From Candidatus Kapaibacterium sp. (GTDB taxonomy: Bacteria; Bacteroidota; Ignavibacteria; Kapaibacteriales; NICIL-2), in contig JANWWF010000001.1 in NCBI GenBank assembly GCA_025055755.1, positions 151,581-215,580 on the forward strand: a DNA stretch of 64,000 bases, written 5' to 3'. Below are positions 10,090 to 20,426 of the stretch, piece after piece. The position numbers and the translations under genes were made by a program. Below the pieces are notes generated by a model. The model had not been told where the DNA came from, did not search any database, and was given only the letters and a program-made list of their open reading frames with translations. How positions within the stretch are numbered: position 1 is the first letter of the stretch; the number at the start of each line of letters is the position of its first letter.

Positions 10090-11693
10090 ACGCCAGGATT
10101 CCGCATTACAACCACTGTCCAGTCATCATGTACTGCACAACCTGCACTATGCTCGCCAAGGGCGCTGCAAATACGCTCAACGTATTCGGCAGCAGAGATG
10201 CACTGGGCGCTTGCTAACACCTGTGCCACTTGCTCAGTACCAAATTCTTTCCCCGATAGGTTACGCGCCTCAGACACTCCATCAGTGTAGAGACAAAGGG
10301 CACTTCTCTCTGGAAGCGGAAGCTCCTCTTGGTGATACTCTACCGCCTCGAGAACACCGAGCACTACATCCCGCTGCCCTAATTCTTGCACGCTGCCATC
10401 GCAAGTGACGATCAAAGGAGCGGGATGTCCTGCACATGCATAACGGATTACCTTTGTGTCCGGGTTGTAATGGACGACCACCGCTGTTACAAATGAGCCA
10501 CTATCGGTATGCTCAAGCAACAGCTGATTCCACTGCGCTAACACCTGTGCAGGCGAAGCATTCATCGAAGCAAGCAAATGAAATGAAGCGTGGAGGTGTG
10601 CCATGATAAGGGCAGCACCTATTCCTTTACCGCAAACATCAGCAATAGCCAGCAGTACTCCATCATCTTGTAAAGCGACGTCGTAGTAGTCCCCGCTAAC
10701 ATGATGCGCAGGAGAAAGGTGAGCAGCAATTTCCACCCCTTCTATCTTTGACAGGCGATCAACAGAGGGAAGCAGACGTTGTTGAATCGCTCGAGCGAGT
10801 GCAAGCTCGCGCTCGAGACGCTCCTTTTCAACCTGAGCTTCCATCAGTGCCAAGTGCTCCACTGCAGCTGCTACCGCCGTAGCATATGCCGGAAGGAATT
10901 CGTCGCTAAGATAACTTTGATTCTTTCCGAGACGCGCACCAAGACCAATCACGCCGATAATGTTCTGCCGCCCAATAAGAGGCAAAAGATACCTGATTCC
11001 ATTTTCTTCTAAGTATTCTCGCAGTTCTGCTGGTTCAAAGGTGTCAATGCTTGTAGCAGAGTGCACATGTTCAAGGATGCTACTAACGATTTTATTGTTG
11101 AGTTGTATTCCCTTTGCCCAAAGGTGAATCCCGCTGCCTCGATCAACAACCGCGATAAAGCTCCGTGTTGTTATAGTATGCCCTAACAAACGCAAGCCAG
11201 CAGTATAAAGCAAGCGCTCCCACGAGTCAGTGAGTTGTACATCACGGACGACATCAACTAATGTTTCGAGCATTTGGCTCTGCTCTATGAGCTTGTGGTA
11301 ATAGGCACGGTACCGCTGTCGTTCTGCTACAGTCGAGAATATCGCCCGTGCCCCTCTGATGGCTGGTTTAAGAGCATAGTCATTTTCCCCTGGAAAGACA
11401 AGAATAAATTCCGCTGATTGAGCAGCATCAAAAAAAGAGACGCATGCTGTACCATTTGCCGGTAAATTCCCACTGGCACAGAAGGACTCCGCAATCTGAG
11501 GCGGTACAGAGGACGATTGTGCTACAGGAGTGTACTTTCCTCTTTGCCCGCGCTCTATAACGATAGCCCAGCACTGGTGCTTGTTCTCTATCCACAGGCA
11601 CAATCGGTGGAAGAACTCTTCTGTGGTTGCCGCATCACTCAAAGTAACAACCAGCTCAACAGGCACTAAAGCGTCTTGTCGGTTATTGTTCAT
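10086..11693 (-). CDS. GAF-like + SpoIIE/PP2C (RsbU-type) protein serine phosphatase
   Basis: ERELALARAIQQRLLP, GDYYD, IADVCGKG, YTDGVSEA, DDWT. Start probably ATG 11693 (track gives 11768). Confidence 0.88.
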   Translation of the reverse strand: MNNNRQDALVPVELVVTLSDAATTEEFFHRLCLWIENKHQCWAIVIERGQRGKYTPVAQSSSVPPQIAESFCASGNLPANGTACVSFFDAAQSAEFILVFPGENDYALKPAIRGARAIFSTVAERQRYRAYYHKLIEQSQMLETLVDVVRDVQLTDSWERLLYTAGLRLLGHTITTRSFIAVVDRGSGIHLWAKGIQLNNKIVSSILEHVHSATSIDTFEPAELREYLEENGIRYLLPLIGRQNIIGVIGLGARLGKNQSYLSDEFLPAYATAVAAAVEHLALMEAQVEKERLERELALARAIQQRLLPSVDRLSKIEGVEIAAHLSPAHHVSGDYYDVALQDDGVLLAIADVCGKGIGAALIMAHLHASFHLLASMNASPAQVLAQWNQLLLEHTDSGSFVTAVVVHYNPDTKVIRYACAGHPAPLIVTCDGSVQELGQRDVVLGVLEAVEYHQEELPLPERSALCLYTDGVSEARNLSGKEFGTEQVAQVLASAQCISAAEYVERICSALGEHSAGCAVHDDWTVVVMRNPGV

Positions 11694-12201
11694 CTGCAAA
11701 TGTGACGTGAGCTCCTTCATACTCCCGAATGAGAGAGCGATAAGCATCCGGAATGCGCTCCGGAACATGCGTTGCTGGATTCAGGTGAACAAGAACTGCT
11801 TTTGCTTTAACAAGCAGCTGTCCCTCCACAAGTACAACTAACTGCTCGAAGGTCAGAGAGGAGCGGCGTATGTGAGAAATACGTGTTAAGACCTCGTATT
11901 CATCGTCGAATTGGGCGGCAGCAAAGTAATCAATCTCTTGATGAGCGACTACAAAGCGATGTTTTGTTACAAAAGTTTCTCGATCAATAGGTAACCCAAT
12001 TGCCCGGAAATACTCGACTCGAGCGGCTTCGAGCCAGTAGAAATACACCGCATTATGTACAATGCCCTGCCGATCGACATCATACGTTCGGACTCGAGTC
12101 CGTACGACATGCCGATAAAGCGTGCGCTCTGTCGCAAGAATTGCTTCGGCACGCTGGGCAGCGCTTGGGATAACAACAGCATGCACAGGAGCACTGCTCA
12201 T
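11683..12201 (-). CDS. Acyl-CoA thioesterase (YbgC/4HBT hotdog family)
   Basis: RVRTYDVDRQGIVHNAVYFYWLEAAR motif. Confidence 0.88.
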   Translation of the reverse strand: MSSAPVHAVVIPSAAQRAEAILATERTLYRHVVRTRVRTYDVDRQGIVHNAVYFYWLEAARVEYFRAIGLPIDRETFVTKHRFVVAHQEIDYFAAAQFDDEYEVLTRISHIRRSSLTFEQLVVLVEGQLLVKAKAVLVHLNPATHVPERIPDAYRSLIREYEGAHVTFADEQ

Positions 12202-12208
12202 AGTGTCT

Positions 12209-13285
12209 TCACATCACGATAGTTGAACGACCTGTTAGTTCTTCATGAAGCTGAAGAAGCAATTGGCTTGCTTGAGAAGTGTCATTGCTGTCAACATCCA
12301 AATGAAATACTGCACGAATCCAACCTGTAGGACCAGGCGATAAAAGCACCCCACGACGAGCTGCTTCTTTCAGTATCAGTTCTGCTGGTATCCCCAATCG
12401 AGAGCGGAAAAGAACAATGTTTGTCGGTGGTGGATTGAGCATGAGCTCAAAGTGGTTGCTGATCCCATTGGCAAACAAGCGTGCATGCTCATGATCTTCA
12501 GCAAGCCGCTGGAGGTGATGTTCCAAGGCATATAGCCCCGCCGCTGCAATTACTCCCGTTTGTCGCATCCCCCCGCCAAGTATCTTGCGCCACCGCCGCG
12601 CAGCAGAGATAATTTCCCGCGGACCAGCCAGCACAGAACCTATCGGTGCACCTAATCCCTTCGATAAGCAAACCATAACTGTTGTGCATGGTGAGACAAA
12701 CTCTGAAGGTGCAATTCCTGTTGCAACGGATGCATTCCACAAGCGTGCCCCGTCGCAGTGGAGAAAGAGGCCATGCTCATTGCACCATCGAGCTATGGCA
12801 CAAATCCGCTCCAATTGCATGATTGCCCCGCTGTACCGGTTGTGTGTGTTCTCGATGCATACGCCCTTCGTGCGAGGATAATAATACGCTGCCGGACGCA
12901 TAGTCTGGGTCAAACGTTCAACGTCATCACCACTCCAAAACAATTCCACTGCTCGCAATTGGACTCGGGAAATAACTGATGCTGCACCCGTCTCATAGTG
13001 AAGGATGTGGGACTCGGAGTCAACGATTACTTCATCGCCTGCACCGGCTTGGACGGCAAGAGCGATTTGGTTTCCCATCGTCCCGCTTGGAACAAAGAGT
13101 GCAGCTTCCTTGCCAAGAATAGCTGCCACCTTTTCCTCCAACTCATTCGTCGTGGGATCCTCACCAAATACATCATCTCCCACCTTGGCAATTGCCATTG
13201 CGTGGCGCATGCCGGGCGTCGGCTTTGTTACAGTGTCGCTACGAAGATCTATCACTGCTCGATCATCGAATGGTGTTTTAGACAA
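12209..13285 (-). CDS. ltaE: Low-specificity L-threonine aldolase
   Basis: [45 protein letters not shown]. Confidence 0.93.
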   Translation of the reverse strand: MSKTPFDDRAVIDLRSDTVTKPTPGMRHAMAIAKVGDDVFGEDPTTNELEEKVAAILGKEAALFVPSGTMGNQIALAVQAGAGDEVIVDSESHILHYETGAASVISRVQLRAVELFWSGDDVERLTQTMRPAAYYYPRTKGVCIENTHNRYSGAIMQLERICAIARWCNEHGLFLHCDGARLWNASVATGIAPSEFVSPCTTVMVCLSKGLGAPIGSVLAGPREIISAARRWRKILGGGMRQTGVIAAAGLYALEHHLQRLAEDHEHARLFANGISNHFELMLNPPPTNIVLFRSRLGIPAELILKEAARRGVLLSPGPTGWIRAVFHLDVDSNDTSQASQLLLQLHEELTGRSTIVM

Positions 13286-13344
13286 ACGAAACTATGCCGC
13301 TGTGCGAAATTCGCTATTAAGGAAACCAATCCTCGACAAGAGCA

Positions 13345-14991
13345 ATGGCAGAACTTGAGACACTCATTCACCGTGCACAAACAGCCCATGGCATTTCCCT
13401 CCATGATGCCCCACTTCGCTACCGAACGATCGCTCAATGTGCGCAAGATCGGCTCGCTATGCACGCCGAGCATCTTTTCCTGACCTACTACGATGAGCAC
13501 GGCAGTCGTAGTAGCTGGACCTATCGACAGTTTATTGAGCAAGCATGCCGTACAGCAGCATATCTGCGGAAAAAGGGCCTACGTCCAGGAGACCGATTCG
13601 CTACTGCAGCGCATAACCATCCGGATACAATCGTGCAATATTTTGCTGCATGGTTATTGGGCTGCTGTGTTATTCCCCTCAATATGACCGAAGAAGATCA
13701 AAGACTTCACTACATACTACAAACCTCGGGCGCACAAATGTTGCTGTGCCGTCCAGATTATCTCGATCGCCTTCCCGCGATCACAAAGGACCTTTCGATA
13801 GAAACCATCCCCATCGATGGCACTTATCATGAGCAAGTTGCTCGCTGTGAACCTATTTCTCTGGACGAAGGATGTGCATCATACGATAGCGAGGCACTTC
13901 TTGTCTTCACCAGTGGAACAACGGGAAATCCAAAGGGAGTGGTCTTGGTGCAACAGAATCTGTTAGCAGACGCGGAAGGAATAGCACAGTGGCATAAGAT
14001 TACTTCGAGAGACCGGCTCATGTGCGTGCTGCCTGTCCATCACGTCAATGGAACAATTGTCACGCATGTCACGCCGTTTTTTGCCGGTGCATCGGTTGTC
14101 CTCAATCGCAAATTCCAAACAGAGTATTTTTTCCCTCGCATACGGCAAGAGCGGGTTACAATTGTCTCTGTTGTGCCAACTCTTCTTGCCTTTTTGCTCG
14201 AAGCAGGAGCAGACAGCTGCGATGTTCGTCAGCATGGGTTCCGCCATATCATCTGTGGTGCTGGCCCCTTGACCTGTGACCTTGCTGCACGATTTGAAGA
14301 GCGCTACCAAATCCCAATTATCCATGGCTATGGGCTCTCCGAGACGACATGCTACTCCTGTTTTCTCGAAATTGACCTGGACGAGCAGCAGCATCGCCGA
14401 TGGATGCAGGATTACGGTTTCCCATCAATTGGTGCCCCGATCCCGCAGAATGAGATGGCAATTCACGATCCTGATGGCAATGAGCTTGGTGAAGGTCAGC
14501 GCGGAGAAATCGTCATTCGTGGTTGGAATGTTATGAAAGGCTACGATGCCAATCCCGAAGCAAACTATGCAGCTTTCACTCATGGTTGGTTTCGCAGCGG
14601 CGACGAAGGCTTTTTCATTCGGAAAGAGGACGGCACACCATACTTTTTCATCACGGGGCGAATCAAAGAGCTCATTATTCGCGGTGGTGTCAACATTGCT
14701 CCCCTTGAGATCGACGAGGTGCTTGCACGTGCTCCTGGTGTCCGTGCTGGAATAGCTGTCGGTTTTGAACATGACCTCTATGGCGAAGAGGTCGGTGCAT
14801 TGGTCATCCCAGCGGAAGGTGCTACAGAGGAAGCAATCCTTTCGTACTGCCGCCAGCATCTCCCACATCACAAATGCCCGAAGGTAGTGCTTTTCACAGA
14901 CTCGTTACCGGTGACCTCAACAGGCAAGTATCAGCGGAATAAAGTCAAGCACTTGTTTGCCCAGTGGCGCTCAGTCCAGTTTCCAAAGTAG
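13345..14991 (+). CDS. Acyl-CoA synthetase / AMP-dependent ligase (class I adenylate-forming)
   Basis: FTSGTTGNPKG, GYGLSET, GWFRSGD, GRIKELIIRGG, terminal GK motif. Confidence 0.9.
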   Translation: MAELETLIHRAQTAHGISLHDAPLRYRTIAQCAQDRLAMHAEHLFLTYYDEHGSRSSWTYRQFIEQACRTAAYLRKKGLRPGDRFATAAHNHPDTIVQYFAAWLLGCCVIPLNMTEEDQRLHYILQTSGAQMLLCRPDYLDRLPAITKDLSIETIPIDGTYHEQVARCEPISLDEGCASYDSEALLVFTSGTTGNPKGVVLVQQNLLADAEGIAQWHKITSRDRLMCVLPVHHVNGTIVTHVTPFFAGASVVLNRKFQTEYFFPRIRQERVTIVSVVPTLLAFLLEAGADSCDVRQHGFRHIICGAGPLTCDLAARFEERYQIPIIHGYGLSETTCYSCFLEIDLDEQQHRRWMQDYGFPSIGAPIPQNEMAIHDPDGNELGEGQRGEIVIRGWNVMKGYDANPEANYAAFTHGWFRSGDEGFFIRKEDGTPYFFITGRIKELIIRGGVNIAPLEIDEVLARAPGVRAGIAVGFEHDLYGEEVGALVIPAEGATEEAILSYCRQHLPHHKCPKVVLFTDSLPVTSTGKYQRNKVKHLFAQWRSVQFPK

Positions 14992-16042
14992 TCCCTGGGC
15001 GAAAAAAGCTTATTAGGGAAACACCTTCTCGCACAACATACCCTGCACCGACAAGCATAACCGTCACGTAGTTTATCGCATGCGCTATAGTAATGAAGAC
15101 GAATGCTTCCTCAATTGGTACCTGGTAGAGGCGATACATTGCCTCCGCGACTAAGGCGTGGACAACCCCTATCGCTCCTGGCGTCGGTGCTACGGTCGTT
15201 GCAACTGCTACCACCAGAAGCACGATGCAGCCATCCCAGAAAGTCCACGCAAACTTAGCGGGAGCATGCATAGGCACAGCCGCCATCACAATCCACAAGG
15301 GAAGTACATACAAAACCCAAATTGCTAATGATTCCAGCAGAATTCTTCCTGCATCTGCTGGATGGCGAATAACGCGTATCCCTCGGCGGAATGCATCGAA
15401 AATGCCATGAACACGTTCAGCTGCCTGCACTGAAAATACCCGAATGATGCGAAGAATTATACGTTCTCCCGCGGAACTAAAACCAATCAGCACCCCTATT
15501 GCTGCAAATACAAGCACCATCAGAGCAAGTGTACGCGCCCCTTCTCCGATAAGCCACTGTGGCAGTGCATGTGTTGCGATCTCGGGGAGAAGATATAAGG
15601 CACACGCAAGAAAGAAAAGAAGCTGGAGGACGTCAATGCTCCGTTCTGCAAAGACTGATGCCAAAACAAGAGCACTCGACAGACGATACCGCCTTGCGAG
15701 TACATATGGGCGAAGAACCTCGCCACTGCGGGGCACAAGATTATTAGCAACATACCCCACCATGACAGCAGAAAAAAGGTCATGGAGACTCAGCCTGGGA
15801 AGACCCTCCACAGCACGAAGCATCGTTTTCCACCGTACTGCCCGCATCCAGTGTGAGGCAACAACCGGCACAGCACTTGCAAGCACCAGCCAATAATTTG
15901 CTGAGCGGAATGTCTGCCATACACGGCCAAGATCCAGCACTGAGCTGATCCAAATAAACACCCCCGCAAAGACCACTCCTCCGAGAACGATCTTCCACAG
16001 AATTGGCGGTCGTGACGTAATTGTTCGTTCTGCTTCAGGCAT
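14945..16042 (-). CDS. Lysylphosphatidylglycerol synthase TM-domain (UPF0104, flippase-like) membrane protein
   Basis: RAVRWK, NNLVPRSGEVLR, ERSID, PTPGAIG, multiple TMs. Convergent 47-nt overlap with the ligase. Confidence 0.85.
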   Translation of the reverse strand: MPEAERTITSRPPILWKIVLGGVVFAGVFIWISSVLDLGRVWQTFRSANYWLVLASAVPVVASHWMRAVRWKTMLRAVEGLPRLSLHDLFSAVMVGYVANNLVPRSGEVLRPYVLARRYRLSSALVLASVFAERSIDVLQLLFFLACALYLLPEIATHALPQWLIGEGARTLALMVLVFAAIGVLIGFSSAGERIILRIIRVFSVQAAERVHGIFDAFRRGIRVIRHPADAGRILLESLAIWVLYVLPLWIVMAAVPMHAPAKFAWTFWDGCIVLLVVAVATTVAPTPGAIGVVHALVAEAMYRLYQVPIEEAFVFITIAHAINYVTVMLVGAGYVVREGVSLISFFRPGTTLETGLSATGQTSA

Positions 16043-16045
16043 TGG

Positions 16046-19000
16046 TTAGCGAGCAATCATCATTTTTTCCGTTAGCAACGTATTTCCTACCCTACACTGG
16101 AGCATATAAACACCCGTTGGCAGCTGAGATACATCGAGTTGTAGTGTTATCGAAGTCGAGACCGGCTCCGAATAGACATATTCACTGACGATGCGCCCCA
16201 TGACATCAACAACAGCAATAGTGCACTGTGCCGGCTGGTCTGAGCGTAGCTGAACACTAACTACATCTGATGCTGGTTGCGGATATAGTTCGAGACTTGG
16301 ATGGGCTTGGCTTATAGAAGTTTCCACTGATGCTACACTATCGGTCAACCCGATATTATCAAGATACCACCCGTCGTCAGCACCTAAAGCTCCGGCAACC
16401 AAAACAAATCGCACAAAGACTGTATCGCCGACATGCGCTGCTAATGAGCGATGTGCCCAATACCATGGGGCAGTCTGCACCGTTGCATTTCCCCCCCACT
16501 CTGGCACCGAGGCACGATTAAAGGTTCCCCACCATCGCCATGTTCGACCGAAGTCTGTGCTGTACTGAATTGCACCGTAATGCGATGCTGTCGCTCGAAT
16601 GAGAGCAATGTGCGCAAAGGAGAATGTGTTTTTTGTCGGAGGGACCACAAAAGGTGCCAGAATAAGATGATTAGAAGTACCAGGCACATAATTCCCTCCG
16701 GGCGAGTCCGTAATTGAGTTCGGCTGTGATAGTGCGCGTACATTTGTACGGGTCCACTGGGGATTTGTGGGCACTATTGTCCCATCAGATGAGCGAGTGC
16801 TGTAGCCATACCATACGACCGTATCCGCTGCATCACGGTCGAAACTTACAAAGAGATCACGTAGCGGGGCACCACTGTAAGCTAACACAGCCTCTGTTGG
16901 AACACTGTAGGTAAATCGGTCATTTCGTTTGCCAACCGCACGAAGCGTAAGCCAATAAAATTGTTTAGTGGGTACACGAAGGACGTATCGGCCTGGCTGA
17001 CCTGCCTGCACTTGAGGAAAAGAAATACTATCTACCGGCGTACCATTGCTGTAAAACACAATCCGATCGAAATCATGGAAATATGAGCCATCTACATGTT
17101 CACGCGGGTTTGTCCACAGCACTTCGATACCATCAGCGTGCGGTTTAGCAATAACGTTGGTTGGTGGTTTCGGCTCAAGAGCCCCACCTGTAAAGATGCT
17201 CGTTGAGACGGGTGTACTTTCTAAGCCGTCCGGAGTACGGACAATGATTTCATAAGTATAGGGCGCACCGTCGCTTAAGCCGGTGTCCGTGTATGTTGTT
17301 GTGCCAGCGGGAAGCTCGGCTATTTGCTGTCCGTTACGGTAGATAACAAGGGTGTATGCTCCAAGTGGCTCACCCAACATTGTTGTCGTTGGATTGGTCC
17401 ATCGAAGAACTGCTTGAGTGGGATTCTCATAAGTGTTGGTTACAGTAAAATTCTCGACAGGTCGGGGACCTAACGTTACGATCGCGACATATGTATCATT
17501 CGTTGACATCGCCCCGTTGGGGGAATCAGGCATCCAAAAACAAGCATAAAACTTGCCGCCACGGGCTGCGATACTGGTGTAGTCTCCCCAATAGTTACCA
17601 CCACTGCCCCCTTGAGGCGAGACTGTGTTGGGCGAACGGAAATACCATGTTTGCGGAGTTAATCGAAAGCGGCGCCATGTCGAACCACCGTCGCGCGAAA
17701 TAGCTAAGTACGCATCTGCCCCTGTGTTGTCCGGTGCATTTTGTGAGCTGTAGTACAATACCCCGATTGCACCAGTTAGTGGATCGACGGCAATCGCAGG
17801 CATAAAAACGTCATTATTGAGCGGATTATCATCTACTCGAATCGAGGAGGACCAAGTCGCTCCACGGTCAGTTGAACGAACAAGGTAAACGCCTGGTTGT
17901 TGTGTGGTTTGATGTCTGCCTGCTTGTACCACATAAACCCAGCCCCGCCGAGGTCCATTAGAACGATCCACCGCAATCGCAGGATAGGAACTAATTCGCA
18001 TGTTTTGCTTTTGTGCAAGTTCATAGCGTCCATTCTGGGAATTGTATGTCCCCAGGTTTAGAACTGTCTGCGCAACACGGGAGGGCTGAAATGATGCTCC
18101 TCCATTGGTGCTAACGCGCACAACGGCATCGGTCCTGCCCCCACTTTGTGCTCGATAGGCAACGTAGAGAATCCCATTTGGACCAACGCAGGGAACAGGA
18201 GATTGAATGCTACCGTAGGCAAGCTCTACGGGGGGCTGTTCCCATGTTTCGCCACCATCAGTAGAGTATGAGAATGCAATAAAGTTCGGAGCTGACCTGC
18301 TAAAGTGAGTCCACGTAACATACACGCGGTTTTTGTACGGTGACGATGGATCGTTATCAGCATCCATAAGCCACTTATCGTTGAAGGGGGGATTTTGTTG
18401 CCCCTCGTAGTACCAAACATAGGGGAGCATCCGCCATGTGACCCCTCCGTCAGTCGATTTGCACACAATGACGTAGTTGTCGCCATTTCCATCGTCTTGG
18501 GTAAGTCGTGCCCACCCATACCCATAATACAAGTTCCCGTCTGCATCAAATGCGAGCGCAGGATCAAAGTTGGTTTGTCCCCCTCCGGCGGGTCGCCCGA
18601 TGTTCGCATTACTCGGTAGCAAATACCGGTTCCATGTTTTCCCGCCATCCTTGGTAACGAACGCAGTCATGCGGTAGCCATTTACACCATTGTATTGCAT
18701 GTCATTGGAGTTTGCAACGATATTAAGAGGATCGCGAGGATTGATAGCAATCCATGTTTCAGTTTGGTCATATGGCGCGCCCCCACACGCATTCGCAATT
18801 GGGAAACCGTCTGGAGAAACTAACCCATTTTGAAAGCGAGAGACATGCTTTTCTGTTCCTGGAGGATAGGTTGGCGCTTTCACCCACATAGTTGGCTTCG
18901 AAAAGCTTACCCCTTCTTGTTCGGACGGCGGGCGAAGATAAAAGGGTATTGTTCGAGCATCATATTGCCCACTTGCATGCACAACAGCCAAAAGAACAAT

Positions 19001-19054
19001 CACACTTATTCTTACCGCCGCATGCATAGGACTTCTCCATTGTTGAACTATCAT
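16046..19054 (-). CDS. Secreted BNR/Asp-box beta-propeller protein with Fn3-like domains and a T9SS C-terminal domain
   Basis: Repeated S/T-x-D-G-G-x-T-W boxes, Fn3-like segments (LRWTNP, YTDTGLSDGAPYTY), CTD LYPQPA...LPTGVYMLQ. Confidence 0.85.
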   Translation of the reverse strand: MIVQQWRSPMHAAVRISVIVLLAVVHASGQYDARTIPFYLRPPSEQEGVSFSKPTMWVKAPTYPPGTEKHVSRFQNGLVSPDGFPIANACGGAPYDQTETWIAINPRDPLNIVANSNDMQYNGVNGYRMTAFVTKDGGKTWNRYLLPSNANIGRPAGGGQTNFDPALAFDADGNLYYGYGWARLTQDDGNGDNYVIVCKSTDGGVTWRMLPYVWYYEGQQNPPFNDKWLMDADNDPSSPYKNRVYVTWTHFSRSAPNFIAFSYSTDGGETWEQPPVELAYGSIQSPVPCVGPNGILYVAYRAQSGGRTDAVVRVSTNGGASFQPSRVAQTVLNLGTYNSQNGRYELAQKQNMRISSYPAIAVDRSNGPRRGWVYVVQAGRHQTTQQPGVYLVRSTDRGATWSSSIRVDDNPLNNDVFMPAIAVDPLTGAIGVLYYSSQNAPDNTGADAYLAISRDGGSTWRRFRLTPQTWYFRSPNTVSPQGGSGGNYWGDYTSIAARGGKFYACFWMPDSPNGAMSTNDTYVAIVTLGPRPVENFTVTNTYENPTQAVLRWTNPTTTMLGEPLGAYTLVIYRNGQQIAELPAGTTTYTDTGLSDGAPYTYEIIVRTPDGLESTPVSTSIFTGGALEPKPPTNVIAKPHADGIEVLWTNPREHVDGSYFHDFDRIVFYSNGTPVDSISFPQVQAGQPGRYVLRVPTKQFYWLTLRAVGKRNDRFTYSVPTEAVLAYSGAPLRDLFVSFDRDAADTVVWYGYSTRSSDGTIVPTNPQWTRTNVRALSQPNSITDSPGGNYVPGTSNHLILAPFVVPPTKNTFSFAHIALIRATASHYGAIQYSTDFGRTWRWWGTFNRASVPEWGGNATVQTAPWYWAHRSLAAHVGDTVFVRFVLVAGALGADDGWYLDNIGLTDSVASVETSISQAHPSLELYPQPASDVVSVQLRSDQPAQCTIAVVDVMGRIVSEYVYSEPVSTSITLQLDVSQLPTGVYMLQCRVGNTLLTEKMMIAR

Positions 19055-19617
19055 GATGTTGCTGTCAAGGGGATAATTAATTCGGCAAGTGATGAGTAAA
19101 CATCTTCAATTGGTGCATTTCCATCAACGGTGTGCAGCTTTCCTTGCCGAGCGTAATATTCGAGCACAGGAGCAGTCTGTTCGCGGTAAACACGAAGACG
19201 CTCGCGAATAACTGCTTCGGTGTCGTCACTTCGTCCTCGGCTAAGCATACGACGAACAAGCTCATCTTCGGGAACTTCAATCGTCACAACAGCATCAACG
19301 GTCCTGCCCAATTGAGCTAATAGCTCGTCGAGTGCATGGGCTTGCTGAAGCGTTCGTGGAAAGCCATCGAAAATGCATCCTCGCCGATAATCCTCAGCTT
19401 CAAGTGCTGCTCTTACCACCGCAAGAACAATTTCATCCGGAACAAGTGCTCCCGACTCCACAATTCCTCGGATTTGTTGACCCAGTACTGTGTTGTTAGC
19501 AATATGGCGGCGAAATTCTTCACCGGTTGAAAAATGTGCCAACCCCAACCGCTCCTTTAGAAGGGCTGCTTGTGTACCTTTCCCTGCACCAGGTGGTCCA
19601 AAAAGTACGATGTTCAT
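19051..19617 (-). CDS. adk: Adenylate kinase (short-LID type)
   Basis: GPPGAGKGTQA, DGFPRT, RGRSDD. Confidence 0.96.
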   Translation of the reverse strand: MNIVLFGPPGAGKGTQAALLKERLGLAHFSTGEEFRRHIANNTVLGQQIRGIVESGALVPDEIVLAVVRAALEAEDYRRGCIFDGFPRTLQQAHALDELLAQLGRTVDAVVTIEVPEDELVRRMLSRGRSDDTEAVIRERLRVYREQTAPVLEYYARQGKLHTVDGNAPIEDVYSSLAELIIPLTATS

Positions 19618-19664
19618 CGAGACAAGATATTGTTGCTTCCACTATCTGGCTACAAGTTAGCAAA

Positions 19665-20426
19665 TTACTGTTTAAATCGTAAACTCTCAGGCGCATGGTA
19701 AGAGCTGTACTTTCGCATAGCATGCAATAAGGCCCGAAAATCCCTGGGATAGGGTGCAACGTAGCTACATGGCTGTTGAGTGATTGGATGAATAAATGCT
19801 ATTTCCTCTGCGTGCAACGTTGCCCGTGCAATGAGGGGACGCTCGGGGTGCTCATGGGAGGGTTTATATCGTGTCTTAAGGGCAGATAAGTAAACACCTT
19901 CCCCTACTCCGTAAAGGGGATCAACAAGGAGAGGATGACCGATTGCTGCTAAATGGACACGTATTTGATGTTGTCGCCCTGTAACTGGTACACACTCGAG
20001 CAGAGTCGCTCCTCGGAAACGCTCCATGACGCGAACATGAGTTAGAGCTTCTTTTCCACGCGCTGAAGGAATAACCCTGCCCGGTTTTGCTGGATCCTCC
20101 ATCAGCGGGATGTCTATGTCGAATAAGTCCTGCTCGACCAGTCCAACCACAACTGCATGATACCGCTTGTTTACAGTGCGCTGCTCAAATTGTAAAGACA
20201 ACGCACGGTGTGCATCGGCTGTCCGCGCAAATATGATTACCCCGCTTGTGTCGTGATCTAACCGATGCACTACATAAATCTTGCCTAATCGCGACTGCAG
20301 CCAGTCACGCAAGTTAGGAATGTCGCGCCGAAAGCGGTCCGGCAATGTGTGGTATGCTGGCGGCTTCGAAACAACAACGATTGCTTCGTCTTGGTACAGT
20401 ATCACTGGAACAGGTGCTTTCTCCAT
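19665..20426 (-). CDS. RluA-family RNA pseudouridine synthase
   Basis: VHRLDHDTSG, TGRQHQIRVH, LHA. Confidence 0.93.
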   Translation of the reverse strand: MEKAPVPVILYQDEAIVVVSKPPAYHTLPDRFRRDIPNLRDWLQSRLGKIYVVHRLDHDTSGVIIFARTADAHRALSLQFEQRTVNKRYHAVVVGLVEQDLFDIDIPLMEDPAKPGRVIPSARGKEALTHVRVMERFRGATLLECVPVTGRQHQIRVHLAAIGHPLLVDPLYGVGEGVYLSALKTRYKPSHEHPERPLIARATLHAEEIAFIHPITQQPCSYVAPYPRDFRALLHAMRKYSSYHAPESLRFKQ

